A DNA stretch of 63,868 nucleotides, the filler included, from Octopus bimaculoides (taxonomy: Eukaryota), in the NCBI RefSeq assembly GCF_001194135.2. It is 5 parts of 5 records of this genome, joined end to end, with 100 filler letters (N's around TTAATTAATTAA, not from the genome) between each part and the next. Parts side by side here need not be neighbours in the genome. Positions count along the whole stretch, not along the records: positions 24,000 to 43,104 come from NC_068995.1; positions 43,205 to 51,384 come from NC_069005.1; 3 more parts are not named here. One strand, given 5' to 3'. The notes under the pieces were generated by a model that made no database searches, was not told the origin of the DNA, and saw nothing but the letters and a program-made list of their open reading frames with translations. This document shows positions 38,229-51,384 of this stretch, piece after piece. The position numbers and the translations under genes are program-made. Positions within the stretch are counted from its first letter, which is position 1; every line of letters starts with the position of its first letter.

Positions 38229-39259
38229 GCACACATGCACACACATCTCCTTCTGTGTATATGTCTGTGTGGTAGAAATCATGTCATGTCCAATTACGAC
38301 TGTCTCTCAGACAATGATGGCATTTCTTAAAGAGCAGCAACCACAAAGGATGTTGCTATGTGGGCGACTGGAGAAGTGCAGCTGCCTGAAACACTGCAGG
38401 TGACAAGAGAATTGCAACAGCCACAGCATATTGTACACCAACTATGTATCTTAGCCAGGTAGGAAACTACAGCAGCAGAGCCACTCACAGAGTCATGTGT
38501 TACTTGGATCGTTGCTATGACAACAATGGCTTTTGGAGAAACAGTTGTCTTGTGATTCTGCATTCCTCTATGTGAGGTTGGATTTATCTTTCAGAGAGGA
38601 CATCTTCCTTTCTGATGGCCCAACACTGGCAGGAATAATTACAAGAAAAAAAGAAAAGAAAAAAAAGAAAAAAAAAAGAAAAAAAAAAGAAAACAAAAAG
38701 AAAAAAGGATCATTAGATTTATATATGACACCATCCTTCAGTCAGGTATTCAGACAAATACTCGGTGCCCATCACTACCAAGTAGTTTTACAGGGAACAC
38801 ATTTACCTCTCAAATCCTCCTCTTCCTTTTCCCCATCATCATTATCGTTTAACGTCTGTTTTCCATGCTGGCATGGGTTGGACAATTTGACTAGAGATGG
38901 CAAGCTTGAAGGCTGCACCAAGCTCCAGTTGTCTGTTTTGGACATGGTGGTTTCTATGGCTGGATGCCCTTCCTACTGCCAACCATTTTACAAAGTGTGC
39001 AAAGTGCTTTTTATGTGGCACCAGCATTTCTATGTTTTTGTGTTTTATTGGTAGAAAGACGTCTGCCCTTAGCTGGTTTCATTTGTTATTTTTGAAGGTT
39101 TTCATTTTTGCCCTTTTAGGATTCTTGCAGGACAAAGATATTCCTTGGTGACTATCTGATTGGTTGTACTGGATTACGTGTTACCTGTAATATTTATGAC
39201 AAAGTCCAGGATACTTCAAACAAAAGTGAATAAGGTTTCTTCTCTATACTTAAGGATAC

Positions 39260-39327
39260 GTAGGTGAGTTTGTTGTCATCCAGGGGATCCATAGTTGATA
39301 GGAATTTTGAAACTGAATGCTAAGATT
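39260..39327 (-). CDS. Candidate exon (NLSIQFQNSYQLWIPWMTTNSPT) ending at a U12-like GT donor
   Basis: atgtag|AAT...AC|GTATCCTTA; 68 nt. Phase 2 is compatible with the 35062 exon. No homology support. Confidence 0.25.
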
Positions 39328-39695
39328 CTACATAACATGATGGATAGCAAGTATTAATATGCACACATACAGCACTTGCACACACACACACACACAGATA
39401 TATCAATATATGCATACACATACATATTCGCACACACATAAGCTCAAACACAAATATATTACTCTCTCTCTCTACATACACACTTGAGACTATATGCAAT
39501 TATATATATGCATGCATGTACACACACATCCACATCCGAGACACACACACACACACGTCCAAATCATACACTGATCCAAGACACACACACACACACACAC
39601 ACATATATAGTTAGCTATGTATAAGTGTAGCCATCCAATTGAAAAAGTACACACAAGCACAAACCTATACACAAACACACATATTTATATGAATC

Positions 39696-39746
<51 letters not shown>

Positions 39747-39962
39747 CATATACTTTTCTTTATAACAATTTCATATTGAACAACAGCAACAGAGCCCATG
39801 ATGAGGATCCAAACCGTTTCTTCTTTACAGGAAAATAATTGATATTACGGTTCGCTTCCTGTGAATGGGTTCATTGTAGCGGTTTTCATCTCAAATCGTT
39901 GTTTACAAACATAGGAACATATAACATTCAATATTTTCTCAGATGTTTGAATATACATACAT

Positions 39963-40012
<50 letters not shown>

Positions 40013-40250
40013 GCATGCATACATATATATATATGTACATACATATTAATATATGTACACACACATATATATACATACAAACACATATATATATATATAT
40101 ATATATATACACCCCCCACACACATATCTGTGTATATATATATATACATGTGTAAGTGTGTATATATGCATTTGTATCTGTGAGCCTGTATATATGTTTG
40201 AACATATGTACACTTTTATATATGTACAGACACACCCACACATGGCTGGG

Positions 40251-40282
<32 letters not shown>

Positions 40283-40450
40283 NNNNNNNNNNNNNNNNNN
40301 NNNNNNNNNNNNNNNNNNNNNNNNNNNNNNNNNNNNNNNNNNNNNNNNNNNNNNNCACACATACACACATATACAGAGGTGATTATAGAGATGTGTGTAT
40401 ATATATATGTACAAATACACACACATGCATACACACACACACATCTACAT

Positions 40451-40481
<31 letters not shown>

Positions 40482-41084
40482 CACATACACAGTTTCTTGA
40501 AGCAATCAACCATTGACTAATTTATCCAAACATTCCATTTATAATGAGAACACAATAATTAGTATATCTATAGATTGTACTTTACATCCCCACCCACCAC
40601 CCCGTTCTTAACATTCTCTCCTCAACTAATTCTTCATTTGGAGGAATTCATCTCCATGGAACTCCTTCTACCAAAATTTTCTTTTCAAACACAAAACAGA
40701 AAATATTGTTTCGGTAGGAAATTTTCCAATTTTCTTATTTTCTGCTTGGTTTTGCTTATAAAGATTTCTATTAATCTTCACCAAGTGCGTCCCCTCTGCA
40801 TATGCTGGGATCTCACAGATATAATGTAGGGAGTGGACACAGATGTGTATTTAGGGAACACTTACCCCTAAATTATATTTCCTGCTGCTCTACAGTTGTT
40901 GTTGATGTATCTGTAATCTATACAGAATCATTCACTCTGTAGAAAGTGAACCAAGAACAGTTCCTCTATGTGGTAACACAACATACCTGCTAGAAATGGT
41001 AGCTCACATACTACCTAAGTATACACCAATCCTGTGCCTATTCCTGCTTCATGAGCAATTTCCTGGATCAATACACAATTTGAA

Positions 41085-41424
41085 GCAGTTGTACCACTCC
41101 TTGATCTGAATTTTGCTCATGGAATCATTGTCAAAGGCTTGCTGAATTTTCTGGATGGTTTTAGCTTGAGTATCACCAAATTTTTGGCAAAACTTGATGT
41201 CAAACCTCTGCTCAATGTGTTTGGTGAAAATGAAAATCTGACGAGTGTTCACAACACATCTGTACTCTAAGTGTAACAACTGGGAACTTACATGGCCTAC
41301 CAGCAAGAAAATATTCATGCATATGCAGAAAGGATGGTCGCATTTCCCATCAAAATAATTTTTCCCATGTGGCATTAGTTTTGGTGGGAAAAAATAAAGT
41401 CTGATGCTTTTTGAATGCACCTCA
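41085..41424 (-). mobile_element. Mariner-like element, 5' fragment (TIR + HTH)
   Basis: TA-TGAGGTGCATTCAAAAAGCATCAGAC end; IEQRFDIKFCQKFGDTQAKTIQKIQQAFDNDSMSKIQIKEWYNCFK. Confidence 0.8.
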
Positions 41425-42438
41425 TATATAACTGAGTAATTATAATGCATCTGAGCAATTATAATGTAACTAAGTAATTATGAGCCATTGAGCGATCACA
41501 TATAAGTGTGGAATTACTTGTGACTGAGTATTGATATGTGGCTGAGATCTTATATATAACAGAGCATTTATATGTAAAGTGAGTAATTATAGACAGCTGA
41601 GTAATAACATATAACTGAGTAATTATATATGGTTGAATAATTAATTACATGTAATTAGGAAATTTTATAAAAAGAATTCTTGTTTTCAACATTAGAATTA
41701 CATTTTATTAACAACGGATTTTTCAGGAAGAAAAGAAGGAAAAAAAAACTCATTAAAAGTATGGAAGATTAAATTATTGAGAAAAAATACCCCTGTAACT
41801 ATCTTACAGGGAATTAAAACAAGGGTCGGGTGGGGGTGGAGGTTAAGCAGCAGAAGATGGGTGGAGAAGGGAGTAACAGGTTGTGCACCCCAGAATGAAT
41901 GGTATGTTTAGCTGTGCCTTGTGAACATGATTGCAAAAGCATTGCAATTACTAGGTAATTACAACTGAGTAATTATACATAATGGAGTAATTTTCAGTAA
42001 TTGAGCGATTACATGTGATTAATTAATCATGTATTTTATGCTGTAAGCTTTTAAAATCTTGGCCACAACTCACAGCTAAAGGAGAACATCCAGGATTGCA
42101 CAAGTCAGAAAACAGTGAACCTTCCACATACGACAGAGACCAGAGATCAGTGGCAACAGCTGACCATGAAAGCCTCTGGAGTGGGGGCTCTCCAACAACA
42201 GTCTGCATCAGTTAAGGGACCTTGATAATTGATATATATATATATATATATAGGTGCAGGAGTGGCTGTGTAGTAAGTAGTTTGCTTACCAAACACATGG
42301 TTCCGAGTTCAGTTCCACTGTGTGGCACCTTAGGTGAGTGGCTTCTACTATAGCCTCAGGCTGACCAAAGCCTTGTGAGTGGATTCTGATGGACAGAAAC
42401 AAAAAGAAGCCTATTGTGTGTGTGTGTATATATGTATG

Positions 42439-42504
<66 letters not shown>

Positions 42505-42775
42505 TAGATAGATATATATGTGTGTGTGTGTGTGTATATGTTTGTGTGTCTGTGTTTGTTCTCCCCGCCCATTGCTTGACAACCAATGTTGGTGTGTTTA
42601 CATCCCTGTAACTTAGCAGTTCGGCAAAAGAGACCAATAGAATAAATACTAAGCTCACAAAGAATAAGTCCTGGGGTTGATTTGTTTGACTAAAGGCTGT
42701 GGTCCAGCATGGCCACAGTCAAACGACTGAAAGAAGTAAAAGAATAAAAGAATATAAATATATAAATATATATAT

Positions 42776-43104
42776 GGAAAGATTTGCCAATGTTCTGCGC
42801 CGTGAGGACCAAAGACTCGAGGTATTTCGGGTTGCAAGACAGTGTAGGAGAGAGAATAGTGATGTTGTAGGACAGAAATGTGTTCGCATGGATGATGGTA
42901 CGCTTGCATTAAATGAGGATGCAAAGAAAGAGGTCTGGAGATGCCACTACGATAGATTGCTTAATAAAGAGAATGAATGGGAGAAAGAGAGCCTGCCTTA
43001 TGTCGACCCAATAGAGGGACCAGCTATCCGAGTTGATAGTACCAGGGTAGATAAAGCAATTAAGAGTATGAAGACCGGGAAAGCCCCCGGCCCATCAGGA
43101 ATCA
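42776..43104 (+). mobile_element. RTE-clade LINE fragment (region just upstream of RT)
   Basis: ...WRCHYDRLLNKENEW...VDKAIKSMKTGKAPGPSGI, a typical pre-RT KAPGPDGI motif; cut by the scaffold spacer. Confidence 0.85.
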
Positions 43105-44130
43105 NNNNNNNNNNNNNNNNNNNNNNNNNNNNNNNNNNNNNNNNNNNNTTAATTAATTAANNNNNNNNNNNNNNNNNNNNNNNNNNNNNNNNNNNNNNNN
43201 NNNNCTCACTCTCTCACTGCTCTTAATTATAAGCGAAAAAAAGTTCTATATTTAGAATTTCAGTTTGTTTTTTCATACACACATATATGGACTTATATAC
43301 ATTCACACATACTCATGCATGCATGTATGAATGTATGTATGTATGTATGTACGTATCTATCTATCTATCTATCTATCTATCTACCTATCTACCTATCTAT
43401 GTAACATGGCTCTGTGGTTAAGAATCTTGCTCTGCAATCACGTGGTTTCAGGTTCAATCCCACTGCACAAGCCGATGGCATTGTAAGTGGATCTGGAAAC
43501 TGCGTGGAACCCCGTCGTTTGTGTGTGCGTGTGTGAGTATGTATGTGTGTGTGTCTGCGCTCGTGCGCACACGCATGTTCAGCATGTGCCTTTGTGTCTG
43601 TGTTTGTCCCTCCATCCTGCTTGACAGTTTGTTTACGTCCCCGTAACTTAGAGATTCTTCAAAAGAGACCGATAAAATACATCACTACTGGGTTGTTTTG
43701 TACAACTAAGCCTTTTAACGTCGGACCTCAGCATGACCATAGTCTCGTTACTGGAACATTTTTTTGAATCAGCCTACTTCGCATTTTATTTCTCGCTTTT
43801 ACTCATATCTCCTGATAGACCAGCGTCCTGGTTTTCAAATACGTCTAACAGAATGCACAGAGTCTGAAAGATTGCTTGGAGACACATGGCGTGTTGTATA
43901 AATCTGTTGAATTATTGTATCTCTACAGCATGAAAATATTAGTTGCTCTTTTTTAAATTGAGTGTATATTAAATGATATTTAATTGTTGAGAGATTTCTC
44001 TCTCGTAAAACCATTGGTGGCCTTGTTAACTCACAAATAATGTATACATAGACTTTGATAATTGTAGAGAGGTTTCTCTCCACATAAAACCATTGGTAGC
44101 CTTGTTAACTCACAATTACTGTATAAATGG

Positions 44131-44515
44131 AGGTGCAATGGCCCAGTGGATAGGGCAGCGGACTCGCAGTCATAGGATCGTGGTTTCGATTCCCAGACCG
44201 GGCGTTGTGAGTGTTTATTGAGCGAAAACACCTAAAAGCGCCACGAGGCTACGGCAGGGGATGGTGGTGAACCATGCTGTACTCTTTCACCACAACTTTC
44301 TCTTACTCTTTCTTCCTGTTTCTGTTGTGCCTGTAATTCAAAGGGTCAGCCTTGTCACAATGTGTCACGCTGAATATCCCCGAGAACTACGTTAAGGGTA
44401 CACGTGTCTGTGGAGTACTCAGCCATTTGCACGTTAATTTCACGAGCAGGCTGTTCCGTTGATCGGATCGACTGGAACCCTCAATGTCGTAAGCGGCGGA
44501 ATGCCAACAACAACA
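44131..44515 (+). mobile_element. Full-length tRNA-derived SINE with (CAA)n tail
   Basis: A box tggcccagtggatagg, B box ggtttcgattcc, tail caacaacaac. An actgtata-a-gagg-like direct repeat lies on both sides. Confidence 0.8.
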
Positions 44516-45880
44516 ACTGTATATAGAGGCTTTGATAATTGTAGAGAGGTTTCTCTCCGCATAAAACCATTGGTAGCCTTGTCAACCCACAAATAAAGAG
44601 TATCTATCCATCCACCAATGGATGATGTTGAGCACCCCACCAGTAATCCTTTCTAATAAGACATGGGTTACGATATTGGGAACAAAAGTGTTCTAACTGC
44701 GAACAACTGACAACATTCCTTGTGCAAAAGGTGTTGACGACATATGGAGAAAAGACATTTCCCGTTGTTGTCTGTCCATATGGTACACATGCAGGATTGA
44801 AGCGTTATTCAAAATAGCCAAAAAATTATGCCTAAGAAATTTCCTGAAAGAGCTTCTTTAATTTTCAAACGGTGATGTCAGTCAGAGGGAAGTTACAACT
44901 CATTTGGCCCTATATCGAAATATGCAAGGGCACTTTCAAAGATCATGACAGGTCATGATATTTATTTCAAATTTTGGCACAAGGCCAGCAATTTCGAGGA
45001 GGCGGGTAGGTTGATTACATCGACCCATTGGTTCTTATTTCATCCACCCCGAAAGGATGAAAGGCAAAGTCGACCACCTCGGAATTTTGAACTCAGGGCG
45101 TAAAAACGGACGAAATGCCGCTAAGCGTTTTGTCTGGCATGCTAGCGATTCTTCCAGCTTTCTGGTGAATAGTACATTTAAGCAAATGTCAACAGTACAT
45201 TTAAGCAAAAGCGCCACGTGTGCCTATTATTTTGCCCTCTGCAAGGACGAGAACTCATCCCCACCAAAACAACCGACACGTCAAGCAAAGGACTTGCTTT
45301 ACTTTGCAATTTCAGGTTTTTTTTGTTTTTTTGTTTTCTAACCAGATTTCTAACTAAATCTGAACACCCGAATAGTCGGAAGTCAGGAGATTATAATTCC
45401 TTATGCGAAACAAACCAAAACTCAACAAATCAACAAACGATTTTGAAAAACACCGGCTGCAAGAGGATGAACAAGAAGGTTATGTAATATATATATATAA
45501 GAACATGTTTAAAATAGATCAAAATAAAAACAATATCTAAAACACGTGAAAAACATAAGCTGAAACTCTAAAGATAACTAATTTAATAAAAACGTTAATT
45601 CTAAATAATTTTTCATATTTTAAATTGCTTATATTTTTGGTTAAACCCTCAAGCTCATGTTTCTCTCATTGCACCGTTTATTGAATGCAGAAGTAAGTAC
45701 TTCGTAATTTTCTCTTTTAAATTATTTCTATTAATAACCAGGAATATATATAAATATCTGCTTTTACTTAATGCAGAAAGAGTGAATGCCAAAAAATATA
45801 TATTTGTTTTGCTCGAAAGTGGGTTAATTCTGCCAGAGTTAATTTTACCTGTTTTTATGGCCAGCCAGCCAGCTAAGCCC

Positions 45881-45911
<31 letters not shown>

Positions 45912-46205
45912 TGTATGTATGTATGTATGTATGTATCTAAGCATGTATGTATGTATGTATGTATGTATGTATGTATGTATGTATGTATGCATGTATGTAT
46001 GTATGTATGTATGAATGTATGTATCTATGTATCTATGTATGTACGTGTGTGTGTGCATGTGTTTTTGCTTTTTATGTCACGGTATACATAATTTTAAATC
46101 AAACTGAAGGATTACTTAATATTAAACTTTTACAAGATGTGGAGTGACAATGACTTCGAAGTTTCGACCTTATATACATGTATGCTTGTTTGTGTGTATA
46201 CATAT

Positions 46206-46238
<33 letters not shown>

Positions 46239-46717
46239 NNNNNNNNNNNNNNNNNNNNNNNNNNNNNNNNNNNNNNNNNNNNNNNNNNNNNNNNNNNNNN
46301 NNNNNNNNNNNNNNNNNNNNNNNNNNNNNNNNNNNNNNNNNNNNNNNNNNNNNNNNNNNNNNNNNNNNNNNNNNNNNNNNNNNNNNNNNNNNNNNNNNNN
46401 NNNNNNNNNNNNNNNNNNNNNNNNNNNNNNNNNNNNNNNNNNNNNNNNNNNNNNNNNNNNNNNNNNNNNNNNNNNNNNNNNNNNNNNNNNNNNNNNNNNN
46501 NNNNNNNNNNNNNNNNNNNNNNNNNNNNNNNNNNNNNNNNNNNNNNNNNNNNNNNNNNNNNNNNNNNNNNNNNNNNNNNNNNNNNNNNNNNNNNNNNNNN
46601 NNNNNNNNNNNNNNNNNNNNNNNNNNNNNNNNNNNNNNNNNNNNNNNNNNNNNNNNNNNNNNNNNNNNNNNNNNNNNNNNNNNNNNNATATATATATATA
46701 TATATATATATATACAA

Positions 46718-47420
46718 CTAAGGACACCAAAGGAAAACATTAATGAAGATACGATTCCATTTATTAATATGCACAATCCTGGTGTAGCCAACATCTTTCA
46801 CACCATGAAACTAAACCTATCTATACTTCTACAAAGCCCCAAAATGAAAAATATGATTGATAAAAACTCCTTACGAAACAGTAGACGCCAGCCAAAATAT
46901 CTGAAAAAACACCTTCACAAGAGCAAAATTCACATCAGAGAATAAATTAGAATTCTCTGTAAAAGAATGTGGAGATAGCAGATGTGGAACATGCAACAAC
47001 AATACTAACTTTAAATATTTAGTAAGCAGTTCCCACATAAAATTCAAGATCGGATTCTCGTTCAAAGTAAATACAGATATGAACTGCAAGCCGCAGAATT
47101 TCATATACTGCATTACTTGCCACAACTACAAAGAAAATTACATTGGCGAAACAAACAATTCTCTCTGCCAACATACAAGAATCCATAGACAACACATCCA
47201 ACAAGAGGAATTGCGCAAGATTCCACTGAGAAAACATCTAGAAATATGCCGTTAAGAGAAGTTCAAAATCTTTCCCTTTTACAAATGTTCAAGAGATGAC
47301 CTAAAGTTCCAAAAAGCAATAGAACTACACTTCATCAAAAAATTCTCTTCAAAATTAAATGTTTGAAAGGGAAGCAAAGGAACTACATTTTGTCAAAAAG
47401 ATTGGAAAGCGAATACGCAT
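46718..47420 (+). mobile_element. Penelope-like element remnant: RT thumb, Zn knuckle and GIY-YIG endonuclease
   Basis: TIPFINMHNP...RRQPKYLKKHL; CGDSRCGTC; NCKPQNFIYCITCHNYKENYIGETNNSL...RIHRQHI...KHL. Stops and frameshifts present. Confidence 0.85.
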
Positions 47421-48667
47421 GAGCACCCCTCCAAATGAAACAAACTATGAACATTACGTGGTTAGCTCACACAAACGTACCCAGCTAATACGACTGGGGA
47501 GAAATAATGTAAATGAATGCTCCAATGAACGCTATATTACTGTCTAACAATATTCACACACCATGTAAGGTGACATCAATGTATGCTCAATGGCTTTGGT
47601 GTCTGTCAAGAAAGCATCTTCATGGTCATTTTACCACTTTATTATATTTTTAATAGTAATGATAATTGATAAAGAGAAAACATTTATATTACACTGTTAC
47701 TATTGTTTCTGAACGTGGCTCCAATGTTAATAACGTGATACTCATCTCTATAAATCNNNNNNNNNNNNNNNNNNNNNNNNNNNNNNNNNNNNNNNNNNNN
47801 NNNNNNNNNNNNNNNNNNNNNNNNNNNNNNNNATATATATACATAGCATTGGGATTTTGACAACAGTTGTTCTTATAGAACTCACATAATATCCAAGAAA
47901 GAATACTAGAACCATTTTACCACTGATTAAGAAAGATATCTAATGTAGCTACTTGGCAAAATAATTTGTGAAAAAGATCTCTTTTGAATTATCCAAGCAA
48001 GCAAGAAAAAGAAATCCTACAAAAGGATGAAAGATACTCAAAAATTTATTTAAGCAGACCCAGCTTTGTTATATAATTTATATCTTACAGAGTGGCTTCC
48101 AGCTAAATATACAATATGCATGTTGTTACACAATTCATTTATGATATTTGGTTACATGTACATGGAGAAGAGATTGAATTATAAACAATACCGAACTTAA
48201 TTTATTTTTTTATGTTCTGACTTTATTTTCTTAATTTATAAATGTTGTACTAATATTTCATGTTTGTTCGTGCAAAACATGGAATTACACAGAATATGAT
48301 ATTTGACTATACAAGTGTAAAGAAATATTCGTTTTCATAGGACTTTGAACTCTTTTTGATCTCAGTGATGAGCGCACCCTCCTCTCTTTTCTTATCTTTC
48401 CCATCCTACTTTCCTAAAGCTGACATCTTGAAAGGTCATCTTGCTCTTGTGAGAAAATGTGTTTCTTTACAAATATGTTGATAGGTATACAATGAGAAGG
48501 GAAAGAGGAGGAAGAAAAAAAAGAAAAACGAAAAATGTTTTGTAATGAAATTTCAGTGGGTTGACCACATCAAATTAAAAGAAACATCTCTCTCACTCCC
48601 TCTCTCACTCACTCCCCTTCTCTCTCTCCCTCTCTCTCTATCTATCTTCCTATCTATATGTCCACCC

Positions 48668-48706
<39 letters not shown>

Positions 48707-49969
48707 CTTCTATTCATCATCTATCTATTATTTACTTTTCTTCTTCTTTCTTGATTGTCCTAAAACCTCTCTCTTTTTCCCTTTCCCCCTATTTGCTTTT
48801 CTTCACTCTTCTCCCTTCCTCCCTAAAAAAAAACAAAAATATCTTTCTCTTCTAAACAAAGCAAAAAACATCCGATTCATACAAACGAACAAGGAAACGT
48901 TCTGCTTTTGCCATTTTGATTTTGTTTTGATGAGTTCGATAAACGAAGCGAAGCACTAATAAAGAATTATCCACAATTCTGACTGCCTCTTTTTTCTCAA
49001 TATGTGTGTGTGTGTGTGTGTGTCCTCATAGGAAAAACCCAGTTTCAAACAATAACTACTGAGGTCGAATTGTCTTCTAGGCTGTACCCCAGCATGGCAG
49101 CAGTGTAATAACTGGAACAAGTAAAAGATAGAAGATATACATATATANNNNNNNNNNATATATATATATATATATATATAAAGGATAAAGACCCCATTCA
49201 GTCATGAATAACTATAGGATTGCACCTAGAAAGTTCCCCTCCGAGATACAAGTCCGGGCAAGATTGTTTATGGAAAACCAGCAGTCGCCCATGTATACCA
49301 GTGATGTTACCCAAGGGAAAGGCAAAGGCCGACACAACTGGGCACCAGTGACATCGCAACTCATTTCTACAGCCGAGTAGAGCAACGTGAAATACATTGT
49401 CTTGATCAAAAACACAACACACAGCCCGTTCCAGAAATCGAACCCACTACCTCATGATTTTGGGCCCGACGTTCTAACCACTGGGCCATGCGCATTTACA
49501 CACACACATGCATCTTACCATATCATACGCCTAATGGTTTCTTTTCCCACTCTCTATCGCCAAGTGTGTCACATATTTTGGCTCATTAAGGCCCAGGGAT
49601 ACATCTGTTTTGCTTTTGGTAGTCGCTAATCCAAATTGAGATCATAATAAAATGTAGTATCCTGCCATTGCATCTGACCATAATTTTGTCGGAAGATTTT
49701 CTCTTCAAGGCTTTTAAAAATCTTATTGTTCGACCTTTTTCTTTCTCTTAAGATCTAACTGTTTTTTTTTAATATTTTTATCCTTCCGTTTTTTGCCATC
49801 TTATTTTATTTATTCTTTGTTTTCTTTTGTCTTTTTTATTCTGTTAATTTTCCCTGTTTCTCATCTATCTTATTTCCTTCTCCTTCTCATTCTCCCTTAT
49901 CGCATTTATTTATATATTTCATTATTTTTTTTGTAACTTTATATTTCTGCCTTTTTCCTCACCCTCTCC

Positions 49970-50007
<38 letters not shown>

Positions 50008-50249
50008 GCCTCCCTTTCTGATATTTCCTCACTGTTACGTTCTGTCATTTGTTTAAAATCTCATTTTGTCGCTCACAGTCTTTCTTCATCACTGTCTTGC
50101 GATGCTAATTTCGTCGCTTACATTTCTCTCATCCTCAGGATTAATTAAGGAAAAGAGAGCAATGTAATGACCGTTGTCAGTCTGCCCACGAATACACAAC
50201 AGATATGATGCTTTCCAGAAGCACTCGCTCGGCAACTTACATGTATATA

Positions 50250-51384
50250 CAGGGGTTCGACAGAATAATGGAAACACCTTAAAATTTCAAACAAATAAAT
50301 TTTAACGTGGGGTAGGACCGCCTTTGGCAGTAATTACAGCTTGAATTCTACGGGGTATGGACTCGTACAAAGTTTGAATCGTTTCCAAACAAATTTTTAT
50401 CCATTCTTCAGCTAAAACAGTCTCCAGGTCTTGTAGTGATGATTATGGAGGATATCGACTCCTTAATTGTTTTTCTAAAATACACCATAAATGTTCAATA
50501 ATACTGAGATCTGGGGTCTGTGGTGGCCAGATAAGATGTTCAACTTCACTAGAATGTTCCTCGTGCCATTCAGTAACAGCTTTTGCTGTGTGAATTGGTG
50601 CATTATCATCCTGAATGATTGCGTTTCCCTCTGGAAACAGTTCCGCAACCTTAGGATGAATTTGAGAAGATAAAATGCTTAAATAGTCTTGACTATAAAC
50701 ACTGCCATGAAGGGAAACCATTGGGCCGGCGGATTTCCAAGANNNNNNNNNNNNNNNNNNNNNNNNNNNNNNNNNNNNNNNNNNNNNNNNNNNNNNNNNN
50801 NNNNNNNNNNNNNNNNNNNNNNNNNNNNNNNNNNNNNNNNNNNNNNNNNNNNNNNNNNNNNNNNNNNNNNNNNNNNNNNNNNNNNNNNNNNNNNNNNNNN
50901 NNNNNNNNNNNNNNNNNNNNNNNNNNNNNNNNNNNNNNNNNNNNNNNNNNNNNNNNNNNNNNNNNNNNNNNNNNNNNNNNNNNNNNNACATTCTTCCACT
51001 GCTCTAGGGACCAATTCTGTAGGTTTTTACTCCACTCTAAATGCTTTGTAACGTTTGTTTTTGAAGGTAGTGATTTTTTGATTGCAGCCCTCCCGTGAAA
51101 TCCGGCTTTGTGCAGCTCCCAGCGAACAGTTTTGGGGAGCTGTACTTTTGTGATCCTTTCTAACAATTCGCGTAAGAGTCCGACGGTCCCTATCGGAAAG
51201 TTTTGGTTTTCTTCAGGAGTTTTATTCCGACGAGGAGGTATTTCCCTCTTTCTCAAAGGCTGTCATTACTTTCGAGACAGTATTTCTTGATACACCAAAC
51301 ATTTTGACTGTTTGAATTTACGCTAGCACCTGCTATACAAGCACCAACAATTTGACCTCTTTGAAAGTTCGACAGATCTGTAAT
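50250..51384 (-). mobile_element. Tc1-like DNA transposon copy 2, DD36E spacing (decayed; 5' end cut by spacer)
   Basis: TIR CAGGGGTTCGACAGAATAATGGAAACACC at 50250-50278 after TA matches the copy 1 TIR. Catalytic region QDDNAPIHT...WPPQTPDLSIIEHLW. Confidence 0.9.

Noticed and set aside
39120-39263. Plus-strand exon-like segment (ttttag|GAT...TAG|GTGAGT)
   Set aside because: Stop codons in all three frames and no partner exons identified.
40590-40920. Coding-looking minus-strand stretches (IPAYAEGTHLVK..., KILVEGVPWR*IPPNEELV) and a GTAAGT donor
   Set aside because: Interrupted by stops and frameshifts, with no recognisable homology and no phase-consistent exon.
50120-50145. U12-like branch motif TTTTCCTTAAT-TAATCCTGAG on the minus strand
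   Set aside because: No matching U12 GT donor was found upstream and no recognisable exon follows; such AT-rich motifs occur by chance.
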